A stretch of DNA of 64,000 bases, from positions 36,075 through 100,074 of the forward strand of contig CAWAYA010000006.1 in the NCBI GenBank assembly GCA_963786075.1, in the 5' to 3' direction. A program made the position numbers and the translations under genes. Positions 51,648 to 59,908 of the stretch are shown in pieces. Source of the stretch: an uncultured Acidobacteriaceae bacterium. Lineage in GTDB: Bacteria; Acidobacteriota; Terriglobia; Terriglobales; Acidobacteriaceae. Under the pieces are notes generated by a model, which searched no databases, was not told the origin of the DNA, and saw only the letters and a program-made list of their open reading frames with translations. The first letter of the stretch is position 1, and the number at the start of each line of letters is the position of its first letter.

Positions 51648-51698
51648 GGTCTTGGGTCTCAGGATCATAGGTCTTAGGATTTTGATTCTCCCAAGACC
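51648..51698. repeat. intergenic element: two ~15-nt direct repeats framed by a perfect 9-bp inverted repeat
   Basis: GGTCTTGGG (51648-51656) and CCCAAGACC (51690-51698). Inside them GGGTCTCAGGATCAT (51654-51668) and AGGTCTTAGGATTTT (51669-51683), 11/15 identical. Confidence 0.8.
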
Positions 51699-51719
51699 AT
51701 CACCCGACACCCTGTCCTT

Positions 51720-52544
51720 CTAAAGCTGGATCGGCGCTAAAACCTCGCCCTGCATCGCCACCAGTACCCGATTCTGGAACAACCCACCCCGCTCGGCCAG
51801 TGCCTTTTCCGCCTCTCGCCGCGCTATTTCCGGATGATTGTTCTGCTCAGATAGATGCGCCAGCACCACAAAGGCTGCACTGTTATCATAGTCATTAATG
51901 AAGAAATCCGCGAGTTTCTCGTTCGACAAGTGTCCCACGTTGCTCGCCACCCGCTGCTTCACTGCCCAGGGATAAGACCCGCCACGCAGCATCTCTACAT
52001 CATGATTCGATTCCATCACCAGAACGTCAGACCCGCGCAGGTGATCGCGCACATTAGCCGGTAAATAGCCCAGATCGGTCGCCACGCTCACCTTCGTGCC
52101 TTCCACCCGAAACGTGAACCCCACCGGATCGGCGGCGTCGTGGGGAATCGTAAAAGGCTTGACCTCAATATCGCCAACCTGAAAACGATGCCCCGACTCG
52201 AAGCGCTCTAGCCGCTCCAGTTGCAGCCGCTCGCCCTTCTCGTCACGCATGGCCCGCGACCACGCCGTGTGCGTGGCCCCCGTCATAAATATCGGGATGC
52301 GCAACTTCTTCGCCAAAGTTGCTAAACCATAAATGTGATCGGAATGTTCGTGAGTAATCAGAATCGCCGAAAGCGACTGCGGATCCTCGCCCAGCGACTT
52401 CATCCGCTTGAAAGTTTCCCGGCAGGAAATCCCGGCATCGACCAGAATCCGGGTGCGCGCGCTGGCCACAAACGCACAATTCCCCCGGCTCCCGCTCGCC
52501 AGCATCGAAACCGTCACACCCATCCCCGCAGCATACGCGCTCAT
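51720..52544 (-). CDS. MBL-fold metallo-hydrolase
   Basis: ILVDAG.., ILITHEHSDH (HxHxDH), later His/Asp ligands. About 270 aa, typical of YycJ/PhnP-like MBL hydrolases. Confidence 0.85.
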   Translation of the reverse strand: MSAYAAGMGVTVSMLASGSRGNCAFVASARTRILVDAGISCRETFKRMKSLGEDPQSLSAILITHEHSDHIYGLATLAKKLRIPIFMTGATHTAWSRAMRDEKGERLQLERLERFESGHRFQVGDIEVKPFTIPHDAADPVGFTFRVEGTKVSVATDLGYLPANVRDHLRGSDVLVMESNHDVEMLRGGSYPWAVKQRVASNVGHLSNEKLADFFINDYDNSAAFVVLAHLSEQNNHPEIARREAEKALAERGGLFQNRVLVAMQGEVLAPIQL

Positions 52545-52589
52545 CCTGTGGATTCGGGAGTAACTCTCTGGTTATCCGATACCTAAGGG

Positions 52590-52697
52590 CAGCGTCCAGT
52601 GTCCAATGATCAGCGTCCAGCAATCAGCGTCCAGCAATCAGTGGCCAGTCTCGGGTGCAGGTTTTTCTGATCATTGACCACCGATCACTGGCCACTG
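52590..52697. repeat. nine tandem CA-initial heptamers followed by a partially complementary inverted arm
   Basis: CAGCGTC CAGTGTC CAATGAT CAGCGTC CAGCAAT CAGCGTC CAGCAAT CAGTGGC CAGTCTC (52590-52652). Downstream, CTGATCATTG (52667-) and CTGGCCACTG (52688-52697) are the complements of CCAATGATCAG and CAGTGGCCAG. Confidence 0.85.
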
Positions 52698-52702
52698 CCT
52701 TT

Positions 52703-53086
52703 TCACTTTCCCGACCGCAGATTATCGATAACCCCACGCATCAGCGACCCACCATAAGCCCCGGCCACGCCCGGCAGCGCCGCCAGAAACGATCCATACA
52801 CCTGCGCCCGCGTAGGCTTCACCGTCAGAAAAACGTAGGCCACAAGTTCGCTCAAAGGGATAAATATTCCCACCACCACCACCCACCGCCAAGGCCACCG
52901 CGGCCGCAGCAGTCCGAGCAGCATACAAGCCATCAACACCAGCAGAGCCGTCAAGAGCAGGTCATCGATCATGACATCCGCCCAACCCGTGCCTATGCCC
53001 GCAAGCGCCGCCAGAAGATAGAACGGCGCATCGCTGCGGCCAGATGGAGAGACTGTCTCGGTAGTCATGGTCTGCGGGTTTCCCAC
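52703..53086 (-). CDS. hypothetical membrane protein
   Basis: 127-codon ORF (GTG 53086, alternative ATG 53068) with 4 hydrophobic segments. Confidence 0.5.
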   Translation of the reverse strand: MGNPQTMTTETVSPSGRSDAPFYLLAALAGIGTGWADVMIDDLLLTALLVLMACMLLGLLRPRWPWRWVVVVGIFIPLSELVAYVFLTVKPTRAQVYGSFLAALPGVAGAYGGSLMRGVIDNLRSGK

Positions 53087-53114
53087 TAGGTACTGGGTAC
53101 TAGGTACTCGTACT
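53087..53114. repeat. heptamer array TAGGTAC / TGGGTAC / TAGGTAC / TCGTACT
   Basis: Fills most of the 36-nt spacer between the hbd stop (53123) and the putative GTG 53086 of the next gene. Shares a 21-mer (20/21 identical) with 55787-55807. Confidence 0.85.
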
Positions 53115-53122
53115 CTGAATTC

Positions 53123-53971
53123 TCAATACTTGTAAAAGCCCCGCCCGCTCTTGCGTCCCAACCATCCCGCATCCACCATCTTGATCAGCAGCGGACAAGG
53201 CCGGTACTTCGGATCACCCAACCCATCCTGCAACACCCGCATAATGTCGAGGCAAACGTCGAGCCCAATAAAGTCAGCCAAAGTCAGAGGCCCCATGGGA
53301 TGCGCCATCCCTAGCTTGAATACCTCATCCACCGCCTCAGCCGTAGCCACGCCGTCCATCACCGCATACATAGCCTCGTTGAGCAAAGGCATCAGCACAC
53401 GGTTCGAAACAAATCCCGGCGCATCGTTCACCTCCACCGGAGTCTTCTCCAGCTTGACGGACAAATCCCGTACCGTGGCAAAAGTCTCCGCCGAAGTAGC
53501 TAGCCCGCGAATTACCTCCACCAGCTTCATCACCGGCACCGGATTAAAGAAGTGCATCCCAATCACTTTTTCGGGACGCTTGGTTAACGCGGCAAGCTTG
53601 GTAATGGAGATCGAAGAAGTATTCGAAGCCAGGATGACATCCGGCCGAGCCACCCGGTCCAGATCGCGAAAAATCTCCGTCTTGATCTCAATCTTCTCCG
53701 TAGCCGCTTCCACAATAAAGTCGCAATCAGCAAGCCTCGCGCGGTCGATCACGGGATCGATTCGCCGCAGCGCCGATTCTTTGTCGTCCTCAGAGATCTT
53801 GCCCTTCGCCACTTCGCGGTCAAGATTCCTGATGACGGTCTCGAGGCCGCGGTTCAGAAACCGCTGCTCCACGTCGCACAAGACGACCGAATAACCCGCG
53901 CCAGCAAATATCTGTGCAATGCCGCTGCCCATTGTGCCCGCACCAATCACTCCCACACGTTTCATTTCCAT
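53123..53971 (-). CDS. hbd: 3-hydroxybutyryl-CoA dehydrogenase
   Basis: [18 protein letters not shown] Rossmann motif. ..SNTSS.SIT.., ..GMHFFNP.., C-terminal ..GRK.G.GFY.Y. Confidence 0.9.
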   Translation of the reverse strand: MEMKRVGVIGAGTMGSGIAQIFAGAGYSVVLCDVEQRFLNRGLETVIRNLDREVAKGKISEDDKESALRRIDPVIDRARLADCDFIVEAATEKIEIKTEIFRDLDRVARPDVILASNTSSISITKLAALTKRPEKVIGMHFFNPVPVMKLVEVIRGLATSAETFATVRDLSVKLEKTPVEVNDAPGFVSNRVLMPLLNEAMYAVMDGVATAEAVDEVFKLGMAHPMGPLTLADFIGLDVCLDIMRVLQDGLGDPKYRPCPLLIKMVDAGWLGRKSGRGFYKY

Positions 53972-54109
53972 AACGTTGCTCTAGCGAAAACGCTTGAGTC
54001 TATCACTACGTACGGGAGGTCCGGAATGGAACGCGCAGACACAAAATCCTCCTGCATCCAGGGTCTCCGGCAACTCTTCACGGCTGCAACCTCTTACGCA
54101 CCGTGGGTG

Positions 54110-54120
54110 TAAAATAGCGG
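54110..54120 (+). promoter_or_regulatory. candidate -10 box TAAAAT(AGCGG) upstream of pruA
   Basis: TAAAATAGCGG lies 29 nt before ATG 54149. The identical 11-mer occurs at 1668-1678, and TAAAATA occurs at 61586 before the tRNA. No convincing -35. Confidence 0.3.
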
Positions 54121-54148
54121 TTGCTTCGCAATATTTGAAAGGATCCCC

Positions 54149-55744
54149 ATGGCAACCCTAGAACTCCCCACCCGGCCGCCGCGCACATCGCCCCACCAGG
54201 GCGCCTTCATCAACGAGCCGTTTTTTGATTTCACAAAGGAAGACAACGCCCGCAAGATGCGCGCCGCCATCGAGCGAGTCCGCGGCCAGCTCGGCCGCGA
54301 GTACGACCTCATCATCGGAGGCCAGCGCCTCAAGACCACCGACAAGATCAAGTCCCTGAACCCCGCGAGGCCGTCGCAGGTAGTGGGAATCCATCAGAAG
54401 GCCGGCAAAGAGCACGTAGAGCCGGCCATGACCGCGGCGTTGAAAGCATTCGAGACCTGGAAGCGCACTCCCATTGAAGAGCGCGCCGCCCTGCTGTTCC
54501 GCACCGCCGACCTGCTGCGTGAACGCAAAATGGACCACATGGCCTGGCTCGTCTTCGAAGTCAGCAAAAACTGGGGCGAAGCCGACGCCGACATCTCCGA
54601 AGCGATCGACTTCTGCGAGTTCTACGCCCGAGAAGCCCTGCGCTTCGCCAAAGCCGAACCCCCGGTGCAGATGCCCGGCGAGCGCGACACGCTCGCCTAC
54701 ATCCCGCTAGGCGTAGGCGCGGTCATCCCGCCGTGGAATTTCCCCTGCGCCATCATGGCCGGCCTGGTGGTCGCCTCCATCGTCAGCGGCAACACCGTGA
54801 TTCTCAAGCCGTCGAGCGATTCTCCCACCATCGCCGCGAAATTCGTTGAACTGCTCGAAGAAGCCGGCATGCCCGAAGGCGTAGTGAATTTCTGCCCCGG
54901 CGCCGGAGCCAGCTTCGGCGATGCCGTAGTCGCGCATCCCAAAACGCGTTACATAGCCTTCACCGGATCTCGCGAAGTCGGCCTTCACATCAACAAAACC
55001 GCTGCCACGCAAGCCCCCGGTCAGCTCTGGATCAAACGCACCATCTTAGAAATGGGCGGCAAAGACGCCATCGTCGTTGACGCAGACGCTGACATCGATT
55101 CCGCGGTCGAAGGCGTTGCGCAAGCCGCATTCGGCTTCCAGGGCCAGAAGTGCTCCGCCTGCTCCCGCGCCATAGTCGATGAGCGCATCTACGACAAATT
55201 CCTCGAGCAACTCAAAACCCGCGTAGAAAAAATCACCGTCGGCGATCCCGCCGAAAACGCGAACATGGGAGCAGTCATCAACGAGGGCTCGATGAAGACC
55301 ATCCTCGCCTACATCGAGCAAGGCAAAAAAGATGGACGAGTCCTAACCGGCGGCAATCGCGCCACCGAAGCCGGAGAAGGTTATTTCATTCAGCCAACGG
55401 TAATCGCCGACATCCCGGCAAAGTCGAAACTCGAGCAGGAAGAAATCTTTGGCCCCGTGCTCGCCGTAATCAAAGCCCGCGGCTTCGACAACGCTTTAGA
55501 AATCGCCAACGACACCGAGTTTGGCCTGACCGGCGCCATCTACACCAAATCCCGCGACAAGATCGACCGCGCCAAAACCGATTTCTACGTCGGCAATCTC
55601 TACATCAACCGCAAATGCACCGGAGCCATGGTAGGCGCGCATCCCTTCGGTGGCTTCAACATGTCCGGCACCGATTCCAAATCCGGCGGCCCGGATTATT
55701 TGTACTTGTTCACGCAAGCAAAGTCAGTAGCAGAAAAAATCTAG
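54149..55744 (+). CDS. pruA: L-glutamate gamma-semialdehyde (1-pyrroline-5-carboxylate) dehydrogenase
   Basis: Aldehyde dehydrogenase fold (..PWNFP.., LEMGGKDA, GQKCSACSR catalytic Cys) with the PruA-type N-terminal extension and ~530 aa length. Confidence 0.85.
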   Translation: MATLELPTRPPRTSPHQGAFINEPFFDFTKEDNARKMRAAIERVRGQLGREYDLIIGGQRLKTTDKIKSLNPARPSQVVGIHQKAGKEHVEPAMTAALKAFETWKRTPIEERAALLFRTADLLRERKMDHMAWLVFEVSKNWGEADADISEAIDFCEFYAREALRFAKAEPPVQMPGERDTLAYIPLGVGAVIPPWNFPCAIMAGLVVASIVSGNTVILKPSSDSPTIAAKFVELLEEAGMPEGVVNFCPGAGASFGDAVVAHPKTRYIAFTGSREVGLHINKTAATQAPGQLWIKRTILEMGGKDAIVVDADADIDSAVEGVAQAAFGFQGQKCSACSRAIVDERIYDKFLEQLKTRVEKITVGDPAENANMGAVINEGSMKTILAYIEQGKKDGRVLTGGNRATEAGEGYFIQPTVIADIPAKSKLEQEEIFGPVLAVIKARGFDNALEIANDTEFGLTGAIYTKSRDKIDRAKTDFYVGNLYINRKCTGAMVGAHPFGGFNMSGTDSKSGGPDYLYLFTQAKSVAEKI

Positions 55745-55749
55745 AGAAT

Positions 55750-55807
55750 CAGTACCCGGTACCAGGTAAAACTCATCCCGTCCAGATACTGGGTACTAGG
55801 AACTCGT
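55750..55807. repeat. GGTAC-type heptamer clusters (CAGTACC CGGTACC AGGTAAA ... GATACTG GGTACTA GGAACTC)
   Basis: Convergent spacer pruA / aldo-keto reductase. The second cluster overlaps the reductase stop (CTA 55796-55798) and its last codons. Confidence 0.75.
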
Positions 55808-56833
55808 CTCCACCGGCGCCGGGTTCCTCTCCAAAAACTGATGCTGATGCCAATACGGATAAACCGGCGTCACGTCGCTAGCCTTATCCAACTTCGCAAC
55901 CTGCGCGGCAGACAAGTTCCATCCCGCCGCTCCCAGGTTCTGCCGCAACTGCTCCTCATTCCGCGCCCCAAAAATCACCGTCGAAATCGATGGCCGCTGC
56001 AGCAGCCAGTTTAGCGCCACCTGCGGCACGCTCTTTCCAGTCTCCGCGGCAACCGCATCCAGCGCATCCACCACTTTGTAAAGATGCTCATCCGAAACCT
56101 GCGGACCGAGATCGCCCGTCTTGTGCAGCCTGCTCTCGGCCGGCAAAGGCTGCCCCCGCCGGATCTTTCCCGTCAACCTTCCCCAGCCCAGCGGACTCCA
56201 CACCAGCGCCCCCACTCCCTGGTCCAAAGCCAGCGGCATCAATTCCCATTCATACTCCCGCCCAATCAGCGAGTAATAAACCTGATGGCCGGAGTAGCGC
56301 GCCCAGCCAAACTTATCCGCCACATCAAGCGACTTCATCAAATGCCATCCGGAAAAATTCGAGCACGCAATGTATCGAACCTTCCCGCTCACCACCAGTT
56401 GATTCAGCGTGCTCAGCACTTCCTCCACCGGAGTCAACGCGTCGAACCCATGCAGATGATAGATGTCGATGTAATCCGTCCCCAGCCGCCGCAAGCTGGC
56501 CTCGCAAGCCTTGATCAGGTGATAGCGCGACGACCCCAGATCGTTCGGCCCCGGTCCCATGCGGAACGTCGCCTTAGTCGAGATCAATACCGCATCGCGC
56601 CGTCCGGCAATCGCTTTCCCCAGAATTGTTTCCGAGAGCCCGTCCGAATAAACGTCCGCCGTATCGAAAAGGTTGACCCCCGCTTCGAGGCAAATGTCGA
56701 CCAGTCGAGTCGCCTCAGCCACGTCGCTCGCGCCCCAGGCGCGAAAAAATTCCGTTCCACCGCCAAACGTTCCCGTGCCATAACTCAAGGCGGGTACCTT
56801 CAATCCAGAGCGTCCCAACGTTCGAAATTCCAT
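55796..56833 (-). CDS. aldo/keto reductase
   Basis: ATG 56833 gives MEFRTLGRSGLKVPALSYGTGTFGG.., then ..DTADVY.., ..TK.., ..IDIYHLH.. AKR blocks. The track start 56908 (TTG) lies inside a repeat and is rejected. Confidence 0.9.
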   Translation of the reverse strand: MEFRTLGRSGLKVPALSYGTGTFGGGTEFFRAWGASDVAEATRLVDICLEAGVNLFDTADVYSDGLSETILGKAIAGRRDAVLISTKATFRMGPGPNDLGSSRYHLIKACEASLRRLGTDYIDIYHLHGFDALTPVEEVLSTLNQLVVSGKVRYIACSNFSGWHLMKSLDVADKFGWARYSGHQVYYSLIGREYEWELMPLALDQGVGALVWSPLGWGRLTGKIRRGQPLPAESRLHKTGDLGPQVSDEHLYKVVDALDAVAAETGKSVPQVALNWLLQRPSISTVIFGARNEEQLRQNLGAAGWNLSAAQVAKLDKASDVTPVYPYWHQHQFLERNPAPVETSS

Positions 56834-56897
56834 AGACACTAGATGCCGCGCGGAAAAGAACGATGCGCCGAAAGAGCAGTTCTCAAACTGCTTCATG

Positions 56898-56946
56898 GAG
56901 GAGCACAAATTCGAGGAGCACAGATTTGTCGAGAAGCACAGATCGG
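56898..56946. repeat. 3 degenerate direct repeats (15-18 nt) GAGGAGCACAnAT..
   Basis: GAGGAGCACAAATTC / GAGGAGCACAGATTTGTC / GAGAAGCACAGATCGG, 65-113 nt upstream (minus strand) of the aldo/keto reductase ATG. Confidence 0.8.
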
Positions 56947-57032
56947 GAAGGGCATGACTTCAGTCGTGCCGTTTGGATTGTGAAAGACCCCGGCTTTAGC
57001 CGCTGAGGGATCTTCCCGCATAAGCCGGGAAG

Positions 57033-57059
57033 CAAAAAGGCCGCCTGCCAAGGCGGCCT
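57033..57059 (-). terminator. rho-independent terminator after the LuxR-family regulator
   Basis: On the minus strand, GGCCGCC / GGCGGCC 7-bp stem (57039-57045, 57052-57058) followed by TTTTT (complement of A-run 57034-57038). Confidence 0.65.
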
Positions 57060-57081
57060 CATCGAATGAAATTAAAACTCG

Positions 57082-57756
57082 TTAAGGCATAACCCCAGCC
57101 GGAGGTTGCGGGGCCGGCCCCGCCGTAGTAGCGGCCGCCGCTTCATTCAAAATCCGGTGATGAATGGTGAACAGCGCCAGCTCCAGCCGATCCGACACGC
57201 CAATCTTGTCATACACGTTGCGCAGATAATTCTTGATCACCTGCTCGGTCGTTCCCAGCTGCGTGGCAATTTCTTTGTTCTTGTATCCCTGCACAATCAG
57301 CGCCACAATGCGCAACTCTTTCGCGGTCAGCCGGTCGCGCACCCGCAACCCGACCATATCGTTTTCGGTGAGTTCGCTCGGCACCGCCACGTCCTGCACC
57401 CAGGTCTCACCGCGCGCCACTTTGCGCACACAGTCCACCAGCGCCGCGCTGGTCACATTGCGGTAAACCACGCCATGCGCCCCGTTCGTCATGTGCCGCT
57501 GCGCGCTCTCGCCGGTATCGGCCAGCACCACCACCCGGGTCTTGGCCCGGTTCGCCGATTGAACGATCGCCGCGAAATCGTTGTGAAAGCCCGCGGCCAC
57601 CACCAGCACCGCGGCGCGGAATTTGTCCAGAGCCATGAACATCTGCTCTTGCGTCTGGGCTTGCGCCACAATCCGCATCTCGTCTTCCACCGCTAGCACC
57701 TTGGCGATGCCGGCGCGGAAGATTGCCTGGTTATCGGCCAGAATCAGTTTGAGCAT
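57082..57756 (-). CDS. LuxR/NarL-family DNA-binding regulator with an aspartate-less (atypical) receiver domain
   Basis: C-terminal LTAKELRIVALIVQGYKNKEIATQLGTTEQVIKNYLRNVYDKIGVSDRLELAL HTH. N-terminal receiver fold, but AVLVVAAGF occupies the position of the phospho-acceptor LxxDxxMP block. Confidence 0.8.
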   Translation of the reverse strand: MLKLILADNQAIFRAGIAKVLAVEDEMRIVAQAQTQEQMFMALDKFRAAVLVVAAGFHNDFAAIVQSANRAKTRVVVLADTGESAQRHMTNGAHGVVYRNVTSAALVDCVRKVARGETWVQDVAVPSELTENDMVGLRVRDRLTAKELRIVALIVQGYKNKEIATQLGTTEQVIKNYLRNVYDKIGVSDRLELALFTIHHRILNEAAAATTAGPAPQPPAGVMP

Positions 57757-57796
57757 GTTATCGATACCCCAAAAGTTCCATTGTCATCTCAAGGCT

Positions 57797-57890
57797 GTCA
57801 TCCTGAGGCGGGCGCTTTTTGCCCGTCAAAGGATCCAGGCGAGCCGCGCGAAGCGTCGCGTTTTTTACGACGCGATACCGTTCGGCTCGC
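57797..57890. other. structured intergenic element (two adjacent hairpins, REP-like)
   Basis: GTCATCCTGAGGCGGGC-GCTTTTT-GCCCGTCAAAGGATC, then GCGAGCCG (57839-57846) .. GCGTCG/CGACGC .. CGGCTCGC (57883-57890). Lies between the PilZ and regulator genes. Confidence 0.5.
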
Positions 57891-57928
57891 TTCCCTAATA
57901 CCCTGTCACTCTAAAGAGCCAATTCCAA

Positions 57929-58273
57929 CTACGAGTTCCTGACGAACTCGTAGGAATCGATCACGCAGGCCACACCGCGGCCCTCTTCGCTGGTTCCTGT
58001 GGGATCGGCGCGCACCACGCGCCCCTTGCACTGGATCACCACATTCTCCTGCCCTCCGGTAACGTCGGGCGGCAGCGTGATCTCAAACTCCACCGGCGAA
58101 CCAATCTCCAGCGACGCGTCGGCGCGAATATAAACTCCCGCCGCGCTCAGATTTCCTGTAAGCCCTTTAGTGTCGCCGCTGGCACGTTCATCGTGAATCT
58201 TGATCGGCAATTCCAGCGGAAACCGTTTTCCGGTCCGTGCTTCGGACACAGTCCCTCCTATTTCGTGGCTCAA
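57929..58273 (-). CDS. PilZ-domain protein (candidate c-di-GMP receptor)
   Basis: RTGKR (RxxxR) at aa 13-17 and NLSAAG (NxSxxG) at aa 41-46 with typical spacing. About 110-aa beta-barrel size. Confidence 0.7.
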   Translation of the reverse strand: MSHEIGGTVSEARTGKRFPLELPIKIHDERASGDTKGLTGNLSAAGVYIRADASLEIGSPVEFEITLPPDVTGGQENVVIQCKGRVVRADPTGTSEEGRGVACVIDSYEFVRNS

Positions 58274-58520
58274 TCGTTACACCCTCGCTAAGCCCAGCCA
58301 ACCCCACCAGAATACGCCACTGGCAGGCGATCAGCCACTTTTGTTGCTCAGGGCAGGTTATATCACGGATGCAACCCGGATAAAAGCCTGATTACGAGTT
58401 AGTTAAGGGTAGAACCTAGATTCCCCCCAGGGCGACCGAATCAGGGGCCAATGGCAACGACCCCAAAGAGGACGCAACCGAAATCCTGCCCGATTCATCT
58501 CTCTTAAGAAGGAGAAATCC

Positions 58521-59213
58521 ATGAAAACCAGACTCGCGATTATCGGGTTCTGTTTGGCCATAGCCGTTCCCCTGCTTGCTCAAAAAAAAGAAGATGAGCG
58601 TCTAACAAATTCCGCCACCGTCATGCAGCAGTTGCTTCAGGGAGACAAAGGCCTCCCGACCAGTGTCCTCAACCAAGCCAAATGTGTTCTTGTCTTTCCC
58701 AGCGTCAAGAAAGTTGCGATCGGTATCGGCGGCAGCTACGGGCGCGGTGTTCTCGTGTGCCGTAAGGGTGCCAAGATGAATGGCGCCTGGGGCGCGCCCG
58801 TCATGTATGCCCTGGATCAGGGAAGCCTGGGTATCCAGCTCGGTTCCACGGCAACCGATTATGTGCTGGCGGTCATGCATGACAAGGGGGTCGATGCGAT
58901 CCTCAACGGCAAGATGAAACTTGGCGCCGACGCAGCCGCAGCTGCCGGTCCGACCGGCGCCCAGGCGAGCAGCTACGATGCTGCCAATATGAACTCATCC
59001 GATGTCTTGACTTATGCGCGGTCGAAGGGGCTCTTTGCTGGCGTGTCCCTGGAAGGTGCGTCGATGGAGGCAGATAACGACGCCAACAAGAAACTCTATG
59101 GCAGGGAAGTGGGTGCCAAAGAAATCGTAACCGGCGGTCAGGCGATTGTGCCCGCAGCCGAACCCCTGGTAAGTCTGCTCGATACCACCTCGCCAGTTCG
59201 CAAAGCGAGTTGA
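58521..59213 (+). CDS. secreted SYLF (DUF500/Ysc84-like) lipid-binding domain protein
   Basis: AAGGAG upstream. Signal peptide. AKCVLVFPSVKKVAIGIGGSYGRGVLVCR..GAWGAPVMY..GSLGIQLGS..DYVLAVM pattern. Confidence 0.75.
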   Translation: MKTRLAIIGFCLAIAVPLLAQKKEDERLTNSATVMQQLLQGDKGLPTSVLNQAKCVLVFPSVKKVAIGIGGSYGRGVLVCRKGAKMNGAWGAPVMYALDQGSLGIQLGSTATDYVLAVMHDKGVDAILNGKMKLGADAAAAAGPTGAQASSYDAANMNSSDVLTYARSKGLFAGVSLEGASMEADNDANKKLYGREVGAKEIVTGGQAIVPAAEPLVSLLDTTSPVRKAS

Positions 59214-59344
59214 ATCCGTCACGGGGATGGGCCTCCTGCCCATCCCTGAAACCGGAGCTGTCAGTGAACGATTTTACGAAATGACGCATCGCGCAAACCA
59301 TTCACAAGATTGAGCAAATCTTAAAGAAGGTTCGGGAGGATAAC

Positions 59345-59800
59345 ATGGCAAAAACTGCAATCGGTTTGTTTGAGAATTCAGGAGTAGTGGACCGTGTCGT
59401 TCGCGATCTCGAGGCGCTCGGTTTCCCACGCAACGACGTTCGCGTTATAGCCGAGCCGCGGGATATCCCAGGTGGTGGAGTCTTGGCTACTCCGCACACG
59501 GATTTCGAAGTGGATTTAACGCGGGATCTTATCGCGTTCGGGGTCGAAGAAGCGGACGCGGAAGATTATGTTCAAGCAATAAGGACCGGAGCTGTCCTGG
59601 TCTTCGCGACGAGTTCGGGCGACCAGGCGCAGTTGGCAATTGACATTATGAACCGCCACGGTGCGGTGGAGATCGAAAAGGTGGGCGCCTCACGGCCCCA
59701 ACTCCCAAATGCAGTCGACGCGGCCGATGCGGGCAACCTCGGGCAAGCCCGCCTCGACCGCAATACTTCTGGCTCCGGCGCACGCCTGTTCGTTTGGTAG
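59345..59800 (+). CDS. hypothetical protein (N-terminus reminiscent of YflT-type general stress proteins)
   Basis: GGGAGGA upstream. MAKTAIGLFENSGVVDRVVRDLEALGFPRNDVRVI.. The family assignment is weak. Confidence 0.5.
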   Translation: MAKTAIGLFENSGVVDRVVRDLEALGFPRNDVRVIAEPRDIPGGGVLATPHTDFEVDLTRDLIAFGVEEADAEDYVQAIRTGAVLVFATSSGDQAQLAIDIMNRHGAVEIEKVGASRPQLPNAVDAADAGNLGQARLDRNTSGSGARLFVW

Positions 59801-59908
59801 GTGTTTTCGCTGAGAGCATAAGCCCCGGGACGGACCTTTTCACCACGACCGGTTCCTGCATGGTACCGTTTAAGGGAAGTTTTTTTCTCTAACGAGGGGA
59901 GCTAACCC

